From Eledone cirrhosa (Eukaryota), in NCBI GenBank assembly GCA_964016885.1, contig OZ024757.1:930001-994000 (forward strand): DNA of 64,000 nucleotides. Reading direction: 5' to 3'. The notes below the pieces were generated by a model. It did no database searches. It worked only from the letters and a program-made list of their open reading frames with translations, and had not been told where the DNA came from. The position numbers and the translations under genes are program-made. Below are positions 53,241-64,000 of this stretch, in pieces. Positions within the stretch are counted from its first letter, which is position 1, and the number at the start of each line of letters is the position of its first letter.

Positions 53241-53457
53241 TATAATAAAGCATATATTTTGATTATGTGAATATCTTCATTTGTTAATATTTTGAAAAAT
53301 ATATATATTTATATATATATATAAGTAGATGGGGTATTTCATTTGTTGGAAGTCCGACAAATATAAATGTTTATAACTGATTTAGAGCACTCAACAGTTT
53401 CATTGTAAATATTCAATGATATTTAATAAATGTAAACTATATTTATAAAACCATATT

Positions 53458-53521
53458 TATTTTATTATATATATTTCAAGGCTACCAAGACAACATTGGT
53501 CCGCTTTCATCAGATAAAATA
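53458..53521 (-). ncRNA. Type-I hammerhead ribozyme, family B, inside fold-back 53418-53683
   Basis: Reverse complement reads TATTTTAT-CTGATGA-[ACCAA/TTGGT]-GAAA-TATATA-TA-ATAAAATA. Confidence 0.78.
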
Positions 53522-54245
53522 CAAAGTTTGTTTTATAAATAGAGACATACCCATGAAAATCATACCTTATCGATTGGAAATTCACTATCCAGTGAATTTC
53601 CAACCAATACACTTGGTATCCTTGAAATATATATAATAAAATAAATATGGTTTTATAAATATAGTTTCCATTTATTTAATATCTTTGTATATATATATAT
53701 ATATATATATAATATATTTAGAAACACACAGATACATGCGGACACACACATATATACATGAATGCATCCGCACCCAACTGTGAGTTAAGGGTGCCAACTT
53801 CACCGATGTTGCTCAATGAATGACTGGGACAGACCAATTCAGTTGAACCAGACTGAACCAGTATCAGAGTTAAAAATACATTATGAAGAGAGAAGAAACA
53901 TTTAGATATAATTAGTAATAAAATGTATCATACCTAAACTGCTCCTAAATTCCTCGACTACGTAGTTTCGTGGCATAAACAAAAACAATATATCATAAAG
54001 ACATAGAGTCCTTGCGAGGTCTGCCGACTTATCAAGAGGATACCTCATTTTACTAGTCTCAAGAACGCGTCTACACGACGTGAGAAAGAATCCCAAAAGG
54101 CGGAGGGGGAGATAGTCACGCGATATAACGGTCGAGAAACAGAGCTAAGCCTCTTATAACCCCGAAGAAAATACCACGGAGGCGGAGGGGGCATTTATAT
54201 CGAGGCCGTAGAACCCATTTGCAGCGCCGCAGCTCCATTATTATC

Positions 54246-54284
<39 letters not shown>

Positions 54285-54848
54285 AATAATGGAGCTGCGG
54301 CGCTGCAAATGGGTTACATATGAAAAAGTTTGTCCTTCATCAGTGGCCTTACAACCGTCGTAGGCATTTCGTCTCATTAAAGGCCATATACCTCAGGTTG
54401 GTGCGAGCAGCGGCTAAAAAAAGTCGTTGGGACACGTAAATAAAGGGGACGCTAGGGTAAACAAACAAAATGGTTTAAGCAACAGAAAGTGATGAAGAAG
54501 AACAAGTCCCAGATTTCTATGAATATAAATTCGGTGGAATCGTGGACGAGAGAGAATAAAGACCATCAAAGCTGGTTGAAATGTGAGTAAGGAAGGAATT
54601 TCGCACAGGTCTAACGGGTGGAAGAAGGGGTCTGGTCTGCGAATTCGGTAAACATAAGTTCTGTGAAGTCGCAGACGAGAGAGAGAGAAAAAAAATTCAT
54701 ACCGGCTTGGCCAAGTGCCCGCGAGAAAAGGATTACGGACAGGTCAAACGGGAAGAAAGGGGAGGAGGAGAGGTAGTGACAGAGAGTGAGTGAGTGAAAG
54801 GTGAGGAAGAGGCTAACAGAGAGAGAGAGAGACTGCTAGAAAGGGTAA

Positions 54849-54895
<47 letters not shown>

Positions 54896-55004
54896 GGAGT
54901 ATGTGCATATATATATATATATGTGTGTGTATGTATATATATATATATATATATATATTTGGGAGTATGTGCATATTTATATATATATATGTGTGTGTGT
55001 GTGT

Positions 55005-55128
<124 letters not shown>

Positions 55129-55471
55129 GTGTGTGTGTGTGTATCTGTGTGTGTTCAATAGTTCATTGATCATAGAGTTCAGACTGTCAACTGATGACAC
55201 ACGGACATTTTAGGACAGTTCTGATGACATCAACATGTCTGTACAGGATTGTGGGGGTGGTGGTGGGGGGAGGGACTTAGGTTGTTGGGGAGGGTGTTAA
55301 TGGAAGGTGTTTGTTAATTGTCTACTGTAGCGTGACACCACTGAATAATTTACACACTCACACACACACATGTATATATATACATACACACACATATATA
55401 TATATATACACACACACATATATATATACACACATATGTACATATACACACACGCATACATACACACATAC

Positions 55472-55512
<41 letters not shown>

Positions 55513-55749
55513 CACACATACATACACACACACACACACACACATATATATACACACACACACACATGTACACACAAACACACACACATACACACACTTC
55601 GATTCATGACCTCCATCACAGAAACATACCTATACATACATACATCTCAGAAACATACCTATACATACATACATACATATACATATACATACGTATTGCA
55701 TCCACACATTCATACATGCACACATGGCTGAACATTCAACAGTCAAGTG

Positions 55750-55870
55750 TACCATTAACGTAGCTCTCAGGGAGATTCAGCGTGACGCAGAATGTGACAA
55801 GGCTGGTCATTCGAATTACAGATACAACTCATTTCTACAGCTGAGCAATGTGAAATAAAGTGTCTTGCTC
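55750..55870 (-). mobile_element. 3' half of a CORE-like SINE that hosts the 45-bp array
   Basis: Reverse complement CTTGAGCAAGACACTTTATTTCACATTGCTCAGCTGTAGAAATGAG matches 51359-51413 and continues into SINE-like 3' sequence. Confidence 0.8.
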
Positions 55871-58800
55871 AAGGAGGACACAGTGGACTGGAGCAACATG
55901 AAATAAAGTGTCTTGCTTAAGGACACAGTGGACTGGAGCAATGTGAAATAAAGTGTCTTGCTCAAGGACACAGTGGACTGGAGCAACATGAAATAAAGTG
56001 TCTTACTCAAGGACACAGTGGACTGGAGCAACATTAAATAAAGTGTCTTACTCAAGGACACAGTGGACTGGAGCAACATTAAATAAAGTGTCTTGCTCAA
56101 GGACACAGTGGACTGGAGCAACATGAAATAAAGTGTCTTGCTTAAGGACACAGTGGACTGGAGCAACATGAAATAAAGTGTCTTACTCAAGGACACAGTG
56201 GACTGGAGCAACATGAAATAAAGTGTCTTACTCAAGGACACAGTGGACTGGAGCAACTTGAAATAAAGTGTCTTACTCAAGGACACAGTGGACTGGAGCA
56301 ACATGAAATAAAGTGTCTTACTTAAGAAGACAGTGGACTGGAGCAACATGAAATAAAGTGTCTTGCTCAAGGACACAGTGGACTGGAGCAACATGAAATA
56401 AAGTGTCTTGCTTAAGGACACAGTGGACTGGAGCAACTTGAAATAGAGTGTCTTGCTCAAGGACACAGTGGACTGGAGCAACGTGAAATAAAGTGTCTTA
56501 CTCAAGGACACAGTGGACTGGAGCAATGTGAAATAAAGTGTCTTGCTCAAGGACACAGTGGACTGGAGCAACATGAAATAAAGTGTCTTACTCAAGGACA
56601 CAGTGGACTGGAGCAATGTGAAATAAAGTGTCTTACTCAAGGACACAGTGGACTGGAGCAACGTGAAATAAAGTGTCTTACTCAAGGACACAGTGGACTG
56701 GAGCAATGTGAAATAAAGTGTCTTGCTCAAGGACACAGTGGACTGGAGCAACATGAAATAAAGTGTCTTGCTTAAGGACACAGTGGACTGGAGCAACATG
56801 AAATAAAGTGTCTTACTCAAGGACACAGTGGACTGGAGCAACATGAAATAAAGTGTCTTACTCAAGGACACAGTGGACTGGAGCAACTTGAAATAAAGTG
56901 TCTTACTCAAGGACACAGTGGACTGGAGCAACATGAAATAAAGTGTCTTACTTAAGAAGACAGTGGACTGGAGCAACATGAAATAAAGTGTCTTGCTCAA
57001 GGACACAGTGGACTGGAGCAACATGAAATAAAGTGTCTTGCTTAAGGACACAGTGGACTGGAGCAACTTGAAATAGAGTGTCTTGCTCAAGGACACAGTG
57101 GACTGGAGCAACGTGAAATAAAGTGTCTTACTCAAGGACACAGTGGACTGGAGCAATGTGAAATAAAGTGTCTTGCTCAAGGACACAGTGGACTGGAGCA
57201 ACATGAAATAAAGTGTCTTACTCAAGGACACAGTGGACTGGAGCAATGTGAAATAAAGTGTCTTACTCAAGGACACAGTGGACTGGAGCAACGTGAAATA
57301 AAGTGTCTTACTCAAGGACACAGTGGACTGGAGCAATGTGAAATAAAGTGTCTTGCTCAAGGACACAGTGGACTGGAGCAACATGAAATAAAGTGTCTTG
57401 CTTAAGGACACAGTGGACTGGAGCAACATGAAATAAAGTGTCTTACTCAAGGACACAGTGGACTGGAGCAACATGAAATAAAGTGTCTTGCTCAAGGACA
57501 CAGTGGACTGGAGCAACATGAAATAAAGTGTCTTGCTTAAGGACACAGTGGACTGGAGCAACATGAAATAAAGTGTCTTACTCAAGGACACAGTGAACTG
57601 GACCAACATGAAATAAAGTGTCATGCTCAAGGACACAGTGGACTGGAGCAACATGAAATAAAGTGTCTTGCTTAAGGACACAGTGGACTGGAGCAACTTG
57701 AAATAGAGTGTCTTGCTCAAGGACACAGTGGACTGGAGCAACGTGAAATAAAGTGTCTTACTCAAGGACACAGTGGACTGGAGCAATGTGAAATAAAGTG
57801 TCTTGCTCAAGGACACAGTGGACTGGAGCAACATGAAATAAAGTGTCTTACTCAAGGACACAGTGGACTGGAGCAATGTGAAATAAAGTGTCTTGTTTAA
57901 GGACACAGTGGAGTGGAGCAATGTGAAATAAAGTTTCTTGCTTAAGGACACAGTGGAGTGGAGCAATGTGAAATAAAGTGTCTTGCTCAAGGACACAGTG
58001 GACTGGAGCAATGTGAAATAAAGTGTCTTGCTTAAGGACACAATGGACTGGAGCAATGTGAAATAAAGTGTCTTGCTTAAGGACACAGTGGACTGGAGCA
58101 ATGTGAAATAAAGTGTCTTACTCAAGGACACAGTGGACTGGAGCAACATGAAATAAAGTGTCTTACTCAAGGACACAGTGGACTGGAGCAACATGAAATA
58201 AAGTGTCTTACTCAAGGACACAGTGGACTGGAGCAACTTGAAATAAAGTGTCTTACTCAAGGACACAGTGGACTGGAGCAACATGAAATAAAGTGTCTTA
58301 CTCAAGGATACAGTGGACTGGAGCAACATGAAATAAAGTGTCTTGCTTAAGGACACAGTGGACTGGAGCAACATGAAATAAAGTGTCTTACTCAAGGACA
58401 CAGTGGACTGGAGCAACATGAAATAAAGTGTCTTACTCAAGGACACAGTGGACTGGAGCAACTTGAAATAATGTGTCTTACTCAAGGACACAGTGGACTG
58501 GAGCAACATGAAATAAAGTTTCTTGCTTAAGGACACAGTGGACTGGAGCAACATGAAATAAAGTGTCTTACTCAAGGACACAGTGGACTGGAGCAACTTG
58601 AAATAAAGTGTCTTACTCAAGGACACAGTGGACTGGAGCAACATGAAATAAAGTTTCTTGCTTAAGGACACAGTGGACTGGAGCAACGTGTAATAAAGTG
58701 TCTTGCTCAAGGACACAGTGGACTGGAGCAACGTGAAATAAAGTGTCTTACTCAAGGACACAGTGGAGTGGAGCAATGTGAAATAAAGTTTCTTGCTTAA

Positions 58801-61233
58801 GGACACAGTGGAGTGGAGCAATGTGAAATAAAGTGTCTTGCTCAAGGACACAGTGGACTGGAGCAATGTGAAATAAAGTGTCTTGCTTAAGGACACAATG
58901 GACTGGAGCAATGTGAAATAAAGTGTCTTGCTTAAGGACACAGTGGACTGGAGCAATGTGAAATAAAGTGTCTTACTCAAGGACACAGTGGACTGGAGCA
59001 ACATGAAATAAAGTGTCTTACTCAAGGACACAGTGGACTGGAGCAACATGAAATAAAGTGTCTTACTCAAGGACACAGTGGACTGGAGCAACTTGAAATA
59101 AAGTGTCTTACTCAAGGACACAGTGGACTGGAGCAACATGAAATAAAGTGTCTTACTCAAGGACACAGTGGACTGGAGCAACATGAAATAAAGTGTCTTG
59201 CTTAAGGACACAGTGGACTGGAGCAACATGAAATAAAGTGTCTTACTCAAGGACACAGTGGACTGGAGCAACATGAAATAAAGTGTCTTACTCAAGGACA
59301 CAGTGGACTGGAGCAACTTGAAATAAAGTGTCTTACTCAAGGACACAGTGGACTGGAGCAACATGAAATAAAGTTTCTTGCTTAAGGACACAGTGGACTG
59401 GAGCAACATGAAATAAAGTGTCTTACTCAAGGACACAGTGGACTGGAGCAACATGAAATAAAGTGTCTTACTCAAGGACACAGTGGACTGGAGCAATGTG
59501 AAATAAAGTGTCTTGTTTAAGGACACAGTGGAGTGGAGCAATGTGAAATAAAGTTTCTTGCTTAAGGACACAGTGGAGTGGAGCAATGTGAAATAAAGTG
59601 TCTTGCTCAAGGACACACTGGACTGGAGCAATGTGAAATAAAGTGTCTTGCTTAAGGACACAGTGGACTGGAGCAATGTGAAATAAAGTGTCTTTTTCAA
59701 GGACACAGTGGACTGGAGCAACATGAAATAAAGTGTCTTACTCAAGGACACAGTGGACTGGAGCAACATGAAATAAAGTGTCTTACTCAAGGACACAGTG
59801 GACTGGAGCAACTTGAAATAAAGTGTCTTACTCAAGGACACAGTGGACTGGAGCAACATGAAATAAAGTGTCTTACTCAAGGACACAGTGGACTGGAGCA
59901 ACATGAAATAAAGTGTCTTGCTTAAGGACACAGTGGACTGGAGCAACTTGAAATAAAGTGTCTTGCTCAAGGACACAGTGGACTGGAGCAACGTGAAATG
60001 AAGTGTCTTGCTCAAGGACACAGTGGACTGGAGCAACATGAAATAAAGTGTCTTACTCAAGGACACAGTGGACTGGAGCAACGTGAAATAAAGTGTCTTG
60101 CTTAAGGACACAGTGGATTGGAACAACGTGAAATAAAGTGTCTTGCTTAAGGACACAGTGGACTGGAGCAACTTGAAATAGAGTGTCTTGCTTAAGGACA
60201 CAGTGGACTGGAGCAACTTGAAATAAAGTGTCTTGCTCAAGGACACAGTGGACTGGAGCAACGTGAAATGAAGTGTCTTGCTCAAGGACACAGTGGACTG
60301 GAGCAACATGAAATAAAGTGTCTTACTCAAGGACACAGTGGACTGGAGCAACGTGAAATAAAGTGTCTTGCTTAAGGACACAGTGGATTGGAACAACGTG
60401 AAATAAAGTGTCTTGCTTAAGGACACAGTGGAGTGGAGCAATGTGAAATAAAGTGTCTTGCTCAAGGACACAGTGGACTGGAGCAATGTGAAATAAAGTT
60501 TCTTGCTTAAGGACACAGTGGACTGGAACAATGTGAAATCAAGTGTCTTGCTTAAGGACACAGTGGACTGGAACAACGTGAAATAAAGTGTCTTGCTCAA
60601 GGACACAGTGGACTGCAGCAATGTGAAATAAAGTGTCTTGCTCAAGGACACAGTGGATTGGAGCAACGTGAAATAAAGTGTCTTGCTTAAGGACACAGTG
60701 GAGCAATGTGAAATAAAGTGTCTTGCTCAAGGACACAGTGGACTGGAGCAATGTGAAATAAAGTGTCTTGCTTAAGGACACAGTGGACTGGAGCAATGTG
60801 AAATAAAGTGTCTTGCTCAAGGACACAGTGGAGTGGAGCAATGTGAAATAAAGTGTCTTGCTCAAGGACACAGTGGACTGGAGCAATGTGAAATAAAGTG
60901 TCTTGCTTAAGGACACAGTGGACTGGAGCAATGTGAAATAAAGTGTCTTGCTTAAGGACACAGTGGACTGGAGCAATGTGAAATAAAGTGTCTTGCTCAA
61001 GGACACACTGGACTGGAGCAATGTGAAATAAAGTGTCTTGCTTAAGGACACAGTGGACTGGAGCAATGTGAAATAAAGTGTCTTTTTCAAGGACACAGTG
61101 GACTGGAGCAACATGAAATAAAGTGTCTTACTCAAGGACACAGTGGACTGGAGCAACATGAAATAAAGTGTCTTACTCAAGGACACAGTGGACTGGAGCA
61201 ATGTGAAATAAAGTGTCTTGCTGAAGGACACAA
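55844..61233. repeat. 45-bp satellite, about 120 copies, derived from a SINE CORE-like domain
   Basis: Unit GGACACAGTGGACTGGAGCAAYRTGAAATAAAGTGTCTTRCTYAA. Confidence 0.97.
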
Positions 61234-61280
61234 TGTATCTCTAGTAATCAAACACAGCCACAAAGCAGTATGGGCATACA

Positions 61281-62159
61281 TCAAGACGGGCGGTCTCAAA
61301 AGTGAAACTAACTTTTGACAGTTACGAGAATTTGTTTGTTTTTTTACAACAGGTCTCAATAGTGAAAGTATAATGCACACACACGCAATTGTATGGATTT
61401 CTTAATATATATATATGTGTGGGTGTGTATATGTGTGTATATATATGTGTGTGTTTATGTATATATATATATATGTGTGTTTGTATATATATATGTGTTT
61501 GTGTCATCATCATCGTTTAACGTCTATCTTCCACGCAAGCATGGGTTTAGACGTATATATATGTTTGTGTGTATATATGTGTTTGTGTGTATATATATGT
61601 GTGCTTGTGTGTATATATATGTGTCTGTATATATATATATATATGTGTATGTATATATATATTTATGCACACATACACATTTGTATGAATTTGTAGGCAT
61701 AATGTGTATGTGTATGTGTGCATAAATATATATATACATACACATATATATATATACAGACACATATATATACAGACACATATATATACACACAAACACA
61801 CATATATATACACACAAACACATATATACACACAAACACACATATATATACACACAAACACATATATACACACAAACATATATATACGTCTAAACCCATG
61901 CTTGCGTGGAAGATAGACGTTAAACGATGATGATGACACAAACACATATATATATACAAACACACATATATATATATATACATAAACACACACATATATA
62001 TACACACATATACACACCCACACATATATATATATTAAGAAATCCATACAATTGCGTGTGTCTGCATTATACTTTCACTATTGAGACCTGTTGTAAAAAA
62101 ACAAACAAATTCTCGTAACTGTCAAAAGTTAGTTTCACTTTTGAGACCGCCCGTCTTGA
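61281..62159. repeat. Near-perfect inverted duplication of about 880 bp
   Basis: TCAAGACGGGCGGTCTCAAAAGTG.. at 61281 is mirrored at 62159. The centre lies near 61690. Each arm contains an RTE tail remnant. Confidence 0.92.
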
Positions 62160-62818
62160 CGTATGCCGCAGTATGTATATATCACTGTGAAGGTGATACA
62201 TACATACATATATATATATACACACACACATATATACACACAAACACATATATACATATACATACACACACACATCATCATCATCGTTCAACGTCTATTT
62301 TCCATGCTAGGATATATATATATACACACGTACACACATACACACATATTTTCATACATACACACACACATGTATATATATATATATATATAGAGAGAAA
62401 ATTGAGGTTGGTAATGGCACATGGAATATATAAGAGACAGAATACTTTTTTGTGAAAAAACATAATTTTATAAGGTAAGGAAATAATAAAGGGTATAAAA
62501 AATGACCGGTTTCGATGGGTCTGCAAAAGCCATCTTTTCAAATGTTGATTAATATTAAGAAAAATTAATAATACGAAGAGTTAAAATTTGAGACTTGAAA
62601 ATTCAAGTATAAAATTCATTGTGGGATTTCATAGCAGTTTTCATCTAGGTAGCAACAACAGGTTGACTGCTGTGTCCCTTTCTGGTAGTGAATGAGAAGT
62701 TATTTGGGGTGTGGGTTATTTTATAAAGGTCAGATTTAGCAATAGCCAGCTGCTGGTCAGTGAGGGGGTGGAAGCAATATACACACACATACCTTCATCC
62801 ACACATACATACACATAC

Positions 62819-62861
<43 letters not shown>

Positions 62862-62932
62862 CACACATACATACACACACACATACATATACATACACAC
62901 ATACACACACACACACACATATATATACACAT

Positions 62933-62989
<57 letters not shown>

Positions 62990-63018
62990 TATATACATAC
63001 ACATACATCCAGATACAC

Positions 63019-63122
<104 letters not shown>

Positions 63123-63174
63123 CCACACATACATACACACACACATATATATATACATACACACATACAAACAT

Positions 63175-63207
<33 letters not shown>

Positions 63208-63664
63208 CACACATACACACACATATATATACACACACACACACACACACATGCATATATATATATATATACACATACGCATACATCCAGATACCCACAT
63301 ACATACACACACACACACGCACACACAATACATACATCTACATGCACACACATACTCACACACACACACACACACATACATACACCCACACACAGAGAAA
63401 TGGCCTTCAAATATATATATATATATACATACACACACAGACACATATATTTTTTCCATAATATAAGAAGTTGGGGCAGTGAAATTAAAATAATTCTGTG
63501 TGCGCATATATACATAGATATACGTGTGTGCACGTGCAGGGTTTAACATGGATGTGTTGGTCACACAAAGGCATGGTCTGTCAATGAATAAACCTGATTC
63601 TACAGAATTGGTCTCTGGTCTTTAATAGTAGTGATTCCGTGCGTATGTGTGTTTATATTTTATG

Positions 63665-64000
63665 ACAATTCTATTGGGGTGATAACCCGTTTAGTTTTGG
63701 TTTAAATTTGTTAAGGAATAGATTTTCTTTGTTTATTCTTTGTTGTTGTGTGAACGAATCTGAGCACTTGTAGAAGGGGAAGATTTTAAAGTTGGGTAGT
63801 GTCATTCCTGCGCAGTTCGCAATATGGCTGCTCAAGGGGATTTTTCTTGTGTTAGCGTCCCGGATTTGTTGGCGGTGGATGGTCATTCTTTTGCGTAATG
63901 AGGTGCCCGTCTGTCCTATGTAGTTGTGTTTGCACCCACCGCAAGTTATTGCGTAAATCAAGTTCTCCGAGTTGCAGGTGAAATTGTTTTTTACTGTAAA
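63665..64000 (-). mobile_element. PLE GIY-YIG endonuclease C-terminus (Neptune-like), continuing beyond the window
   Basis: NFTCNSENLIYAITCGGCKHNYIGQTGTSLRKRMTIHRQQI..KENLFLNKFKPKLN. Confidence 0.88.

Noticed and set aside
55180-55245. Two CTGATGA motifs (hammerhead or C/D snoRNA)
   Set aside because: There is no downstream helix II plus GAAA and no convincing box arrangement. The same applies to the minus-strand motif near 45750.
55816-60696. 1626-aa ORF as a real CDS
   Set aside because: It is a pure SINE-derived 45-bp satellite with a GTG start and a frameshift near 60700. Kept only as a low-interest finding.

Overview
Eukaryotic, repeat-saturated DNA with no supportable host protein-coding gene. 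The SINE types and extreme (TA)n density point to a coleoid cephalopod, most likely Octopus (inference from recognition, not a search). The window holds five tandem arrays: 40 bp at 1-1.6 kb, 35 bp at 1.8-13.7 kb, 79 bp at 21.7-23.2 kb, 20 bp at 50.3-50.6 kb and 45 bp at 55.8-61.2 kb. It also holds a 200-N gap, decayed LINEs (PHD-bearing RTE, C2H2-tailed RTE, CR1, Tx1/L1), several Penelope-like element (PLE) fragments and tRNA-derived SINEs. Main highlights: (1) about a dozen type-I hammerhead ribozyme motifs in three families, with covarying helix II, mostly inside short fold-back elements in (TA)n tracts, plus one related copy that starts at the predicted cleavage site; (2) two arrays that appear to have expanded inside a retroelement (an RTE zinc-finger segment and a SINE CORE-like segment), and possibly a third; (3) a Tx1-like LINE whose three 3' ends all abut (TATC)n; (4) a PHD finger inside an RTE reverse transcriptase; (5) an RTE 3' segment embedded in frame in a PLE. 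Coordinates were read by eye and are approximate. Nearly all long low-complexity ORFs in the track are repeat artefacts.
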